Shown: positions 50,523 to 64,000 of the stretch, piece by piece
Layout of the letters: each line of letters opens with the position of its first letter
Position numbering within the stretch: the first letter of the stretch is position 1
Source: Octopus vulgaris
Lineage: Eukaryota
DNA length: 64,000 bases
Direction: 5' to 3'
Assembly: GCA_951406725.2 (NCBI GenBank)
Contig: OX597816.1
Coordinates: forward strand, 67,394,001-67,458,000
Program-made: the position numbers and the translations under genes
Notes under the pieces: model-generated
Database searches by the model: none
Told to the model about the DNA's origin: nothing
What the model saw: only the letters and a program-made list of their open reading frames with translations

Positions 50523-50936
50523 TTAGATACTACATATAACACACAGGACAAATGAGAGCTCCTACAAGACCTGTTGAGGGTTAGATAAATGAGATCTTTG
50601 GTTAGTACAAGACTCCAGCCAGATGAAGGAGTAACTTGGTAGCGGAAAAGTTATACTGTAAATAATGTCATAAATGCAAGTAGACAGGATTGGAAAGACT
50701 GGGAGAAAAGGAGCAGTGGAGAACAATACCAAATAACTAGAAGAGAAGCAGAAAGTAGGAGGTTTGCCAATGTTCTGCAATGCAAGGATCAAAGGATGTG
50801 AGGCATTCCGAATGACAAGACAGTGTGCTTGAGAGAAAAACTGGATACATGAGAAATCAAATCTATGTGCACTGGAATGGGTGTAAGGTGTTTATAAAGA
50901 ATGTTAGCTGTATAAAGCATTGAGCAACTAAAATAT

Positions 50937-51167
50937 ATTTCTTTACTGCCCACAAGGGGCTAAACATAGAGGGGACAAACAAGGACAGACAAAGGGATTA
51001 AGTCGATTACATCGACCCCAGTGTTAAACTGGTACTTTATTTATCAACCCCGAAAGGATGAAAGGCAAAGTCAACCTCAGTGGAATTTGAACTCAGAATG
51101 TAACGACAGACTAAATACCGCTAAGCATTTCGCCTGGCACGCTAACATTTCTGCCAGCTCACTGCCA
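50937..51167 (-). mobile_element. SINE family B with 15-bp TSD
   Basis: tgagcaactaaaata on both flanks. Confidence 0.88.
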
Positions 51168-53677
51168 TGAGCAACTAAAATAGAATAAGTAAAAGAGCAA
51201 CCAAAATAGAACCAATGAAAAAAACCTGGAGAGCCTGAGATGAAGTGATGAAGATGGATCTCAAAATGCTGAGATTCATGAAGGAGATGACTAAAGATTG
51301 TAATGATTGTCAACATGCAGTGCTAGAGAAGACCTGCCTACACATGCAAGCATGGCAAAATGAATATTAAAATGATAGTAATGGAGACAGCAATACAACA
51401 TTTGAAATCTCTCATTAAATTCTTGTTAAGCCTCTATCTACTGCCCTCACTTCTTCAATACCCTCTCATCTATTACTCACTCTCTCCTAATAACTGTATT
51501 ATGCTGTTTCCATAATGAGAGGTGGTTTTGAATTTGTCCATATTCAATCCACTCCTACTACCATCCTTATCACACACACACACTCTCTCTCTCATCATGA
51601 TGCTTGTATAACAAGGGATTGCACCAAATCTGTATAAGATGAATCCACCATCATCCTGTACTGCTATTATTCCTTCTTCTGCAAGTCACTTATAACAGAC
51701 ATCTATCACTCGCTTACCATTGCCCACCTCTTACTACCACTCATTCCCTCTCTTCCTCCTCACCAGCAAGTATGTAAATTCTTTCACTGTCTCTCTTGCA
51801 TTACTCCCTCCAGCAAGGTCTCTTCCATGCTCTACCACTTTCTCAGTCCAATCCTATTTCTCCCATCCTATTCTTGCTCCCTTCACCTTCTTTCTCATCA
51901 AACCATATGAAAAAGAAATGAACTTTGAATAAGAACCAATTTAGACCATGATCTGTCCAGCCTACATCAGTATGGAAAGTAAGCAAAATATTTTTTCTGC
52001 TCTTTTGATTGTGCTTTTTTCTCTGCTCAAGATAATTAAGTCAACCACATAGCACTCTCTCTGCAGTGTAACATTGGTAACCTAGTCATTGAACAAAAGA
52101 TAAGGTATGTGGCTAAAGTATTGTTAGTCAGTGAACTTGGTTGTTCTTTTTTTTTTTCTAACCATTTTTTTCTCTATTACTGGTTTGCTCCGACAGAAAG
52201 GGGCTGTATCCATGGCATTCACAAAGTCACTAATACCAAAAAGATCAATATGGTTCATGTTCCTCTTGACAGCTGCAGAAAAAGCATGGAGAAGGAATTC
52301 CGGTGGGGAGATGTTCTGGGAAGGAAGGACTGCACACAAGGAGTGGTTCTTTTCTCAGTTTTGAATTTTGGCACAAGACCAGTAAGGTTAGGGGGCTGGG
52401 GTAAGTCGATTACATCAGGCCCTCCATGCACAACTGATCCTAAAAGGATAAAAGGTAAAGTTAACTTTGGTAGAATTTGAACTCAGAGCATTAGGATAGA
52501 CAAAATGTTGCCAAGCATTTTGCCTGGTGTGCTAACAATTCTGCCAGCTTCACTACCCCAACTGGTGCTAAAAGTATTTTATACTTTCAGGGTGTTAAGA
52601 TGGATCTGAGCAGACTTGAGTAAATAAACATTAAAGAAAATTAGAGCAATTCTTTATAAGATTGATATATTGAATGAGAACAACAAGATGAATGTGAAGG
52701 TTATGTTGTTACAGTTTATTATTTAGCTATATCTTTGAAATAGTTAGAAGTCAGCCAGATATTGCATTGATGTTTAATGATTATCAAAGGAAAATTGACA
52801 AGATTACAAGAGGAACAGAATCCTACCTCACTAACAGTGAAGTCAAAATAGGAGCCTCTATGATCATTCAGCTTGCTAAGAATAGCAGCTCTGTCTCCCT
52901 TCAATCACATCCTACATTTGAAAAAAAAAGTACACTGGACAATGCAGTACTAGATATACAAATGTACAGGACGGTCAGGCTTAAAATGCCTTTGAATATG
53001 TGTTTGATCAGACCTGACCTAAGATTACATATCATCCTCCAAAACAAGGGGCAAAAAGCAGATAAGATGGCTATGATTGGAATGTTTTCGATCAAAGGTC
53101 AGTTTGATCAAGACTGACCTGGGGCGACATCTTGCCTGTCAACAGTGTATATACATTAAGTATGATACACAGATGGCTAGCAGGGAGCTGTCCAGACTCC
53201 AGCCGTCTGTTGAGGCATGGTTTCTACAACTGGATGCCCTTCCTAATGCCAACCACTTAACAGGCTGGGTGCTTTATCTGATACTCTAAAACAGTGGGTC
53301 TCAACTGGGGTTCAGTAAAAATTTTGTTAAAAATTATGTGCAATAAATTGGTTCTAATTCTACAATAATCAAAATATTTTAATTTTCTTATACAATTCTT
53401 AATAATATTTAATTTAAAGTATAATAGGATTTTTTGTTCTAAAGCCAGATATTTCTTAAGTTCTTAGTGTTTCCTTAATATCTTAATGTTCTTCCTAATT
53501 CAAAAATAGACTCGATTCTGAAGTAGGACTGACACATTTATTTTTCATATAGATAAAAACCAGGAACTTTACTGTGTATTTCTGTATGATATATTAGTCG
53601 TTATGACTAAAGTATAATGCCTGAAATAAAATCTTTAGCCAAATTGATTAACATAAGTTGTGGGACTTCTTTATTAA

Positions 53678-53861
53678 CCCTTTAGCATTTAAACAGGCCA
53701 TATCTGGCCCAGATGTCCTACCAGTTTTAAGTTCAAACCAGCCAGATCTCATCTCTCACATCTATCCTATGTCATCCTCAAAGTTACAAGATCATGATTA
53801 ATTCGAAACAATGTGAATAAATATGAATTACATTTACCAGAATAATCTGAATGCTAAAGTG
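53678..53861. mobile_element. piggyBac-type MITE family 1
   Basis: TTAA-CCCTTTAGCATT ... AATGCTAAAGTG-TTAA. Confidence 0.8.
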
Positions 53862-54161
53862 TTAATCAATTGAGTCAGTGTATCCTTAGTTACCTACATA
53901 GTAATGTGTATTCCACAGAATTAGATACCATCACTAAATTACAATCTTAGCATTATGAGGCGTACTATCATGAAGCAACTATGATAAAACTGGTATTTGA
54001 TATTAAAACCCATATTTGAGAAAAGAACAATATTCACAAAATGTATTGTTTCCTCATTACCATTTCTACAGCAACTAAAGGCCTCTGTTCTTTGAAGATT
54101 AATTTTTCTTTTTTTGTTACCATGTTTCTGAAATACACTATGTTTTAATGAATTTTGAAAA

Positions 54162-54522
54162 TACTCTTTTACTTGTTTCAGTCATTTGACTGCGGCCATG
54201 CTGGAGCACCGCCTTTAGTCGAGCAAATCGACCCCAGGACTTATTCTTTGTAAGCCTAGTACATATTCTATTGGTCTCTTTTGCCGAACCACTAAGTTAC
54301 AGGGATGTAAACACACCAGCATCAGTTGTCAAGCGATGTTGGTGGGGACAAACACAGACACACATACATACATATATATGATGGGCTTCTTTCAGTTTCC
54401 GTCTACCAAATCCACTCACAAGGCTTTGGTCGGTCTGAGGCTATAGAAGACACTTGCCCAAGGTGCCACGCACTGGGACTGAACCCAGAATCATGTGGTT
54501 GGTAAGCAAGCTACTTACCACA
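54162..54522 (-). mobile_element. SINE family A
   Basis: Near full-length reverse-complement copy. Confidence 0.88.
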
Positions 54523-55470
54523 CTGAAGTCTTAATGGCGTGATTTAAATATATTTTAAAGTTTCTACACATGACTACATTGATAGAATTCAAATGTAATC
54601 TGTAATAACACGTTATATCTTATAACATATATTACTTGATGTAGGGATACTTTTATGAAAAGTTGAAACTGTCCAAATCAACGCGTAAGATTAATACTTA
54701 ACCATGGCTTCTGAAACATAATTTCCATTACGTTTTATAAGAAACTCTTCTCCTGAAGACTTTAGTAAAATAATTAATTATTAGGTTGGTGTTTGGAACA
54801 TAAGATGAGGAAGATAGAATATTTTCTTCTGTGTTACTGGATAACAAAGTGACAATGTATGTCTGCTGGTCCAAATAGCATTTGCTTGGTTAATTGACCA
54901 ACTGGAAATAGCAGCAAAATCTCTCTCAAATTGTACTCAATCATCTTAAAGGACATTGAATGCAGTTCTTGATATACAGAAAAATACTGGATGGTCATAA
55001 AAGGAACATTCTTGATCAAGGATGTTCCTTGGAGCCAAACAACAACAAAGTATACTTTGAGTCAATGAAAAAAAAAGTGGGGATGATGATTTCTTAAAAT
55101 CAGCAACCAAATTTCCCTAAACCACATCCTACAGCTTTAAAATAGTGAAAGTCACATATGGAACAACAATAGGCTTGTGTTGTCCAATGTGGCATTAGTC
55201 TTACATAGTCCATCATCATTTTAACATCTACTTTTCCATGCTTGCATGGGTTTGACAATTTGTTGGAATAACTTTTCTACAGCCAGATGCCATTCCTAGC
55301 TAACCCTTCCCTGTTTCCAAGTAAGGTAATATTTTTCCCAGAATAGGTTTTCACAGAAGATTGGTAATGAAGGAAACCACTTACATGATGACCATGTTTA
55401 TTTGCAACTATCCCATGAAGTTAAAGCAAAAAAAAATGACACACACACATAATGAGCGTCTTTCACTTTC

Positions 55471-55700
55471 TTATTTCTTTATTGCCCACAAGGGGCTAAA
55501 CGTAGAGGGGACAAACAAGGACAGACAAACAGATTAAGTCGATTATATCGCCCTCCAGTGCGTAACTGGTACTTATTTAATCGACCCTGAAAGGATGAAA
55601 GGCAAAGTTGACCTTAGCGGAATTTGAACTCAGAACGTATCGGCAGACGAAATACCATTAAGCATTTCGCCTGGCGTGCTAATGATTCTGCCAGTTTGCC
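55471..55700 (-). mobile_element. SINE family B nested in an older family-A-headed SINE
   Basis: Flanks gtctttcactttct / gtctttcaccttct. Confidence 0.85.
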
Positions 55701-56405
55701 GTCTTTCACCTTCTGTCATCTAAATCCACTGAAAAGGATTTGGTTGACCTGGGACTATAGTATAGGTGCCACACAATGGAACTGACCCTAGAACCCTGTG
55801 GTTGGGAAGCAAACGTCTTACCGCACAGCCAAGGACACCAAAATCTTGAATAATGAACAACTTTCATTATACTCCAGTTTTATGATGAGAAACCTAACTA
55901 TACACACATGCAAATATACTTTGTAAGACAGGGAGGTCTGCTCCCACACATTTCATCATGATATTTATACACACAAAGATAAAATGGAAATTACTTAGGG
56001 GGCAGCTTTTTTCCCTAGTAACTCTATGAGACAAAAATATTTCAGTATTTTAACTGTGTAATCCTCTCATGTCAATGTGTAACAACCCTAGACTGACTAT
56101 ATGTGTAGGAATTTTGAGCAATTTAGTAAATTATCTGTAAATTGTTTAGCTCCAGGTCAAACCAAAATTAGCAGATCTACGATCAAACTGTTCCACTTCT
56201 GACTTGCTGTTATCTAGTCAGTGTATCTAGGAGTATGTTATGTAGGTGCATCCTGGTTTTCCTATCTTTAATATGTAAATATCAGACTCCCCTCTTTCAT
56301 CCTTCTCTTCAAGCTGCCACCTCAAACATCCAGTCATCCCCTTCATATTCCTGTCGTTCTCCCTTTCATAGTAGTAGTAGTTCTTAACCTTTTCTATCCA
56401 CTGTG

Positions 56406-56818
56406 TTGCTAGTGGAGCGCTAAGAGTACCATACAAGTGAGATCGTTGCCAGAGCAACAAGCTGGCCTTCGTGCTGATGGCACGTTAAACACACCATTCA
56501 AGCGCGATTGTTACCGCATCGCCTTACTAGCACTTGTGCTGGTGGCACGTGAAACATTCGAGCGAGGTCGTCGCCAGTGCTGCTGGACTGGCTCCTGTGC
56601 AGGTGGCACATAAAAAGCACCATTTGGACGTGGCCATTGCCAGTACCACCAAACTGGCACATAAAAGCACCCACTAACTATCGAAGTGGTTGGCGTTAGG
56701 AAGGGCATCCAGCTGTAGAAACTCTGTCAGATCAGATTGGAGTCTGGTATGCCAGACCTCAGTCAAATCATCCAACCCATGCTAGCATGGAAAGCAGACG
56801 TTAAATGATGATGATGAT
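56406..56818 (+). mobile_element. RTE LINE 3' UTR
   Basis: Tail family match. Confidence 0.85.
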
Positions 56819-57239
56819 ATATTAGTTCATTGTTTCATAGAATGGCGCAAACTCTTTTGTTCTACAGGGTACATGGCACATGTGGTAGTACCATAATAAA
56901 AATGTACCTAGAACACTCTTTAAAACAGTTGTGAAAGTGTGAGGCCTGGTGCACTCATGATTGCGAGATTGTGGTTTCAATTCCCAGACTGGCTGTGCAT
57001 TGTATTCTCAAAGCAAAACCATTTTGTGTTGCTCCAGTTCACTCAGCTGTAAATGGGTAACCTTGAGATGGATCAACATGCAATTATGAGATGGTGATGC
57101 AGAAAAAACACCCCAAACAGAGGTCCCACAAGCCACATTCTCTGTTCAGCAATTCAAAAGATGAACAGTACAAACTGTACTGTGAATCCCAATATATAGA
57201 ATATCCTACTATGCTTCAAGCGAACTACAATACTCTCCC

Positions 57240-57272
<33 letters not shown>

Positions 57273-57637
57273 CTAGCACTATGACCTGGCAACGCCGGGT
57301 CATAGTGCTAGTGCATGCATATACAGCTGCGTGTGTGCGCACATACACGCGAGTACTGTCCAAATCTCCGACCAATCACATACAGCTAGCTGGCATTCAA
57401 TTGGCATATCAAGTTTCGGGTATTTTGATTGGGTTTTGGATAGAAAATTCACAAAAAAGTCACTTCTATTGATTTTTTTCATGGCTTTGTGGGGTGACTG
57501 GGGAAATGTAAAGATGTGCTCGACCACCCTCGGACGGTTTTGAATGACCATAGAAAGTGCGAGCCCTCTAACTGAAAAATTGTGGATTTGTATAAAGGAC
57601 ACACACACAGACATTTTGCCATTTATATATATAGAGA
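57273..57637 (-). mobile_element. Complete non-autonomous Helitron
   Basis: Minus strand A|TCtctatatatataaa ... GC hairpin ... CTAG|T; inserted between A and T with no TSD. Confidence 0.82.
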
Positions 57638-57660
57638 TAGAGATATATGTGTGTGTGTGT

Positions 57661-57998
57661 ACTCTTTTACTTGTTTCAGTCATTTGACTGAGGCCATGCT
57701 GGAGCACCGCCTTTAGTTGAGTAAATCGACCCCAGGACTTATTCTTTGTAAGCCTAGTACTTATTCTGTCGGCCTTTTTGCCGAACCACAAGTTATGGGG
57801 ACATAACACACTACCATCTGTTGTCAAGTGATGTTGGGGGGAGAAACAGAGACACACAAACGTATACACACATATATAGACATATATACGACCGGCTACT
57901 TTCAGTTTCCATCTACCAAATCCACTCACAAGGCTTTGGTCGGCCCAAGGCTATAGAAGAGACTTGCCCAAGGTGCCACGCAGTGGAACTGAACCCAG
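57661..57998 (-). mobile_element. SINE family A
   Basis: Reverse-complement copy. Confidence 0.85.
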
Positions 57999-58075
57999 TG
58001 CAAACTTTCAGTAGCAACAGGAACATACTGTATAATTCATATGTGGTTTGTTCCTGCTGTTCTTATTTGCCATAC

Positions 58076-58132
<57 letters not shown>

Positions 58133-60972
58133 CATACACACTTCATAAACATATGGTCATTAAATGATACAAGAGTTCAGAGAAATCGCAGATATTGACT
58201 TTTGATACATTAATACACAGCTGCTGATGATGATAATGGATTCTGTTTTAGGCACAAAGTCAATTTTGAAAGAAGCGGGTTAGTTAATACAATCAACTCC
58301 AGTATCTGACTAGAACTTTATTTTATAAACCTTGAAAAGGTGAAAGAAACAGATGACCTTGGTGAGATTTGAATTCAGAATATCAAGAACCAAAACAAAT
58401 ACCACATTGAATTGTTCCTAATTTTAGCACAAGTACAACGATTTTGGTCAAAACAATGAAGTACCAGTCAAATACTGGGATCAATACCATTGCCCTCTGT
58501 AGCTGACTGTACTTTATTGTATCAACCTCAAAGAGATGAAAGGCAATAATAATAAACATACCAATAATACACTAAAATCATATTCCTCTTCAAACTGGCC
58601 AGTGGAAGAGCGAGGGAGCCTGTACACAGCAGCTCCATTTGTTAGAAATAGTAGCTAAATCTCCAAATTATATCCTACTACCTTGAACAATTTACTGAAT
58701 AATGTGGCCCAGAGTGCTCTGTGAGAATGGTCATGGCTAGACTGTCTTTCACAAGGTCTGCTTCCTTGAGACCAAACAAATGGTTTTATACCAAATCAAA
58801 AGAAATAATTTCTGTTGAAATAGTGGCGGAAATAAAAAGTCACTTTTTTTCCCAATATGCTGAGTTTTAGATCTCATTTCATTCTCTAGCTGAACACAAT
58901 TCACTTTCCTTTAGTTACTAATGCTCTTGTCCTGCGTAAGACTAAACTAGTAATCGGGTCCAGCTTAGCCTTCATTGCGCCCAGGTCCACTCCGACTTGG
59001 AGTAGTAGCACCTACCAGGGTCTAATGTTATTGCATGTTATGAAACTGTCTCTGGAAGGTCATTCACAGACATTTCAAGAGACCCCAGGGTAGATGAGAG
59101 ACTTCAGCTCCTTAGTCGCTCATTTAAAAGAAGGTAATGCCATACATATCTTACACCTTGGTAACTTCTGGGCTCATGGCACTTGTTGCATCAGACTAAT
59201 GCAAATTTGAAGGATGAAAGAGTGGGACTGGTTTTGCATAAGCTATGCCCACTACAACAATATTCATCATGCAGGTTGTTCATCAAACCAAGATATCAGT
59301 ACTATCACACTTTCGCGTAAGTCCAGTGGTAATCGGGAAAGAAATGACGAATAGTTGGAGGATGCTACAGGCAGCCTTCAGTTTAGACCCCGCATACAAA
59401 TAGCCATAGGGTGATATCTGTTTTTAGCAGCTGTGTCTTGCTGAACCCAAGTGAGTCCAACAATGATGTTCTTGTGAACAAGATGAAAGAACACAAAATA
59501 ATCTCAGTCCCTTTTCTGGGAATGTGATCTCGTGCCTAAATCAGAAAATATTACTACAATGTTAATGCCTTTGAGACAAGCCTGAACATCACATGTCCAT
59601 TTCTTTAAATATCAAATCTCATACTTGCATAACAATGATGATGATTTCTAACTTTGAACAAATCTAAATATTTGGAGGAAAAGACTAGCTGATTAGATCA
59701 ACCCCAGTAGTTGAATAGATGAAACATTGAGGAAGGAAGCCTCCATCGTGGTCGTTTGAACTTTAGAAATAACAGCCCAATCTCCCTTAAAATACATCAG
59801 GTCGTCTTAAAAATGAAAAACATTTGATAATGTAGTCCCACTTTAATATAAGGCTGAGAAAAAGGTGAGGTGGGCTTGGTTGGAATGCCTATGACTGTAG
59901 GTCTTTTCAATCGAGGTTGGTTAAGGGGGTTAACCAACATCTGGTACTCATCAATCTGGAAAGGGTAACAAGTAAAATCGACCTAGGGAGGTTTTTAACC
60001 CAGAATGTAAATGCATGTCACTAAATACAATGCATTTCATCAAATACTTGACATCTACCAACAGGAATTTGGTGCAATCACAAGAATTTCATCCTCAAAA
60101 GCTTCATTTCCAAGTAAAATTCCTCAAAATTTCAGGAAAGAGAATAGTTGATTCATTTGGTGTTAGTGATCCCCAAAAATAGCTGAAAGGCAGAACTGGC
60201 CTTAGTGGGATTTGAACTTAGAATATGAAGGGACATCATCAAATGCTGAAATATAACATAGCAGTCCGATTCTTACATCAACTCCTGTTAATGCTTCTAA
60301 TACACAGAAAGCTACAAGTTTTGAAGTAGGATATAACCAGTTTGCTTAACCTCAGTACTTGACTGGTCCTCCTAATCTTTTTACAGAAATCAGGTGTATC
60401 TACTCAAAATTTCATTACCCTTATCTGTGGAAAGTAGTCATACATACCAATCTATCTTTTGTTGAAGAATGCCATGTTTGAAACTATTTTTTATTGAGAT
60501 ATGTCAAGTTCAATGAGGCAACATGACATGCAAAAAATACCAATTCTATTTTTTGGAAAAAATTTTATTTTGCAATTAAAGGGTTAATCCTAACCCTTGT
60601 GGATTTGAACTAAGTAAAGGGGTATAACTCACCTCGACAAGGCATATTTTGTTTGACATACTCTGATTTGGGTTAATCCTCACTCTTACAACAACAAAGC
60701 AAATGTTCTTATGAAGGAGAATAGAAGCAACAGCTGAGAAAATTGCTATATCCCAGTACATCACTGATACTTTATTCTATGGATTCTGACAGGATTTGAA
60801 TTCAAAATGTAAAGGGATACATCTAAACCACGAGCAGCATTTACTAGTGTTTCTACAACTAACAACCCTGAGATATGACAATGCCTTTGATTTCAAATCC
60901 TGCAGAAATTGATGATAAAATGAGTAAACCTACGAACAATCTCCTTCCCAACAAATAACATTGAAATTAATA

Positions 60973-61312
60973 GGCACAGGCATGGTCGTGCAGTTTAGAA
61001 GCTCACTTTGCAATCATGTGGTTTCAGTCACATTGTATGAGATTTTGGGCAGTCTCCTACTTTATAACCCCATGCCAACCAATGCCTTGTGAATGAATTT
61101 GGCAGATGAAAACTATATGGAAGCCCACTATGTATATGTCTTTGTGTCTGTGTTTTTCCTAACCCACTGTTTTACAACTGGTGTTAGTTTATGTCCCTGC
61201 AAGTTGGTGATTCAGTATTAAGATGTTAATGAGCATCCGACATAAAGCATATGTACTGGGGATCATTCAGAGTAGGGTCCCAACATGGCTGCAGCCCAAT
61301 GACTGAAACAAA
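60973..61312 (+). mobile_element. Old diverged SINE family A
   Basis: Recognisable head and gactgaaacaa tail. Confidence 0.65.
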
Positions 61313-62787
61313 AGATATTTAGTAACATAAATAATCTAGATTTCTGTTGGAGTTAAAGCAGAACAAAAGAGAGGATTTAATCAATCTGAGCAGATGACTG
61401 GTATTTCATTTCAGTCACCTAAGAAACTTAAAGAGGACGAGAGTTTTGTAACTTGCTTAAAGCACTGATAAATATGCAGAAAATTAGTATTATCGAAGGC
61501 TGTGGATAGGCAGGTCAAAAATTAAAAACCAAAAATAATGATGCAAGTGAAATGTTAACTAAGATATATTTAATTACCATATTTACTCATGTATAAGTCA
61601 TTACTTTATATGTGGTTTTAACTGATAAAACTGAGGAAAAGATAAAACTATAACAGGGAAAAAGTCTCGTAACAAGATTTAACACAAAATTAGAGGTGCA
61701 TATGAGTAAATACAATAGTAGCAAGATTTCAGGTAAAATACACCTTTTCAAAGGCGCTAAGAAAATGAAAGAAATGTCCTTTCGCTTGGCATGCCAAAAA
61801 ATATCAAGTCTAGTATTTCTAAGCCAACATTTCAATATCTTTTTTTGTTGCTTGCAGCCTTCAATAACATTGGTTTTCTTTTCTTTTTTTTTAAGGTGTA
61901 GCTCTTTATAGGTTTATGTGAAGAGGCCTTGAAATCTGCTCTAATGAAACCAGTTCCAAGCAAAGAACTAATATATCAGAAGACCGAACAACTACCTTGC
62001 CAGGAGGTTGGGTGGAAAGAATATTCCTCCTCCTACTACTACCACCACCACCACCACCGATGTTGATGATAATTTCCAACATATGTAGAAAAACCAATTA
62101 TTTTAGATGTTGTCGATTAAACTATCGCAGTACATGACTTGCACTTTTCTTCTATCGACTCAGAGATAAAAGGCCAGGTTGACATCAGCGAGGTTTGAAC
62201 TCGGAACATAAAGGGACGTAACTATATGAAAAAAATTTAATCCGCTTCTTTATTGATTTTATCCTGACTTCAACAATAATAATAGTTTGACATATTCACA
62301 AGGTCACATCTTTTACTTTTTACATAGAAAGAGGGGTGGTAAAGGGGGCAGTCAATTATATCAAACTAATACATTGACCGGTGCTTCATTCCAATCAACC
62401 CGGTGAAAGATAAAACGAAAATACCGACCTCGTTGGAATTCGAACTCAGAACGACATAAAGACAGTCGCATAATGTTAGCGGTAATAACATAAGAATAAG
62501 CAATATAGCAATGCTCGCTCAGTACCCCCCCCCCCCCCAACAGGATGTAGAAATTTGAAAATAAATAGTCGCGTCGCAAGCATTAACATCAATTTAGTAA
62601 ACAAGTGCTCTGGTGTATTTAAGCAGGTGGAGGGGAGAAAATGAAGATAAGAATAGGGGTGAGGGTAGGAGTGAAAAAGGCGATGGGAAGGAAGGGGATG
62701 TGGAGATAAAGACAAAGCAGACTATAGGACAGATGCGACTGAGATTATTAATACCCACCAGATATACTAAACAATGAAATCTGACAT

Positions 62788-62997
62788 GGGAGCCTCTACG
62801 TGGTTGTTTGAAATGTTAGAAATAGCAGTTAAATCTCACTTATATCACACTGCCGTTTAAAAAAATGAGTAAGTTTATAATGGACGATGTAAACCTAGAG
62901 ACATTACTAAAAACAAATAAGACGATAGTCACGGATGAATTACTACTGATCCTAAATCTGACCGATCAGAACTGATCTGAGATTAAACAACAATAAC
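62788..62997 (+). repeat. Ancient dispersed repeat with (AAC)-like tail (representative copy)
   Basis: Motif tagaaatagcag..aaatctc.ct recurs near 2715, 29620, 39440, 52880, 54905, 58645 and 59765, and inverted near 5120, 24400, 31060, 35970 and 42850. Confidence 0.6.
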
Positions 62998-63488
62998 GGT
63001 TTCTGATTTAGGCACAAAGCCAGCAATTTTGAATTTAGTTGATTCTATCGACATCAGTACTTGATTGGGACTTTAATGACCACGGAAGGATGAAAGGCAA
63101 CAAAATTGACCTCGGCAGGATTAGAACTCAGACCATAAAGAACCCGAGCAAATACTACAAGGTATTTTCTCCGACGCCATAACGATTCTGCCAACAGGCA
63201 TGGTCATATTTCCAAGTAGCAGCAAAGTCTCCCTCAAATTATATCTTGCCCACTAATAAAAGGAATGATATCAATAGTCACTGATATATTACAGCGTCAG
63301 CATTAAAATAAATGGTAGTGGTGGTGGTAAGATAGGAATGAGTACGCTTGAAATGCCCTTTGGTGGTTATGGGTCTAACCCGAGCGGGGCTGACCTGCAG
63401 AACAACGAAATCCTGTGACACTATAATAAATACAACAGAAAACTGTTGGTGGATGTATATGTGGTGCTTCTTTTTAGTTAAAGATACG

Positions 63489-63544
<56 letters not shown>

Positions 63545-64000
63545 CACACACACAAAACAAACGTTTTCAATTTGTCACATGAAACCCGAAGAGAAATCAA
63601 TTTGACAATCGATTCACATTATCCCCCTCTCCCATTCTAATGTCTGTTCCTCTTTATATTTACATCCTGTTTTTGTAGTTCGCATCATCTTCGTTTAACG
63701 ATAAAATAAAAAATATTGAGAATTTTATGAAATTTAATATATTTATGTAATAGAAATGAATTAATTTAAATAAAGGGAGACGAGCAGGAGAAGAAGTAAA
63801 TTGCGTGTCACCAGAAGGATCGCACAGTTTTAAAGTGCGACGGAGTGAATCATCGGCTTAGAACATTTTTAGCTACATGTGTGTGTACATATGTACAAAA
63901 TTTTATACACATGTACACACATTGTGTATATTCAGGTAAAACTTCATAAGTAGTGTGATGTGTAAGCGATGGTCAAAATCTTGAAATGTACATTAAGCAT

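Noticed and set aside
57300-57929. 209-aa ORF and most other ORFs in the track
   Set aside because: They run through SINE, Helitron or microsatellite sequence with low-complexity translations and no recognisable protein family.

Overview
AT-rich, microsatellite- and repeat-dense eukaryotic DNA whose SINE and RTE-LINE repertoire most resembles an Octopus (coleoid cephalopod) genome; this organism call is inference. The only clear host gene is ARL8 (Arf-like GTPase 8) on the minus strand, with two coding exons (23501-23347 and 1440-1279, canonical AG/GT sites) separated by a ~21.9 kb intron. The first coding exon was not found, so 23502-64000 is probably part of a >40 kb intron, and the last exons lie left of the window. 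The introns hold tRNA-derived SINEs, RTE LINE 3' ends, a CR1-like tail, Tc1/mariner and hAT remnants, TTAA (piggyBac-type) MITEs and non-autonomous Helitrons. The least explained signal is a set of sequence-unrelated short inserts, several sitting in (TA)n tracts. Five carry minimal type-I hammerhead ribozyme motifs, and several have tandem or fold-back architecture (Penelope pLTR/retrozyme-like). One is a perfect 117-bp hairpin containing an intact hammerhead. A candidate A-to-I R>G recoding site lies in an ARL8 exon. Repeat boundaries were read by eye and are approximate.
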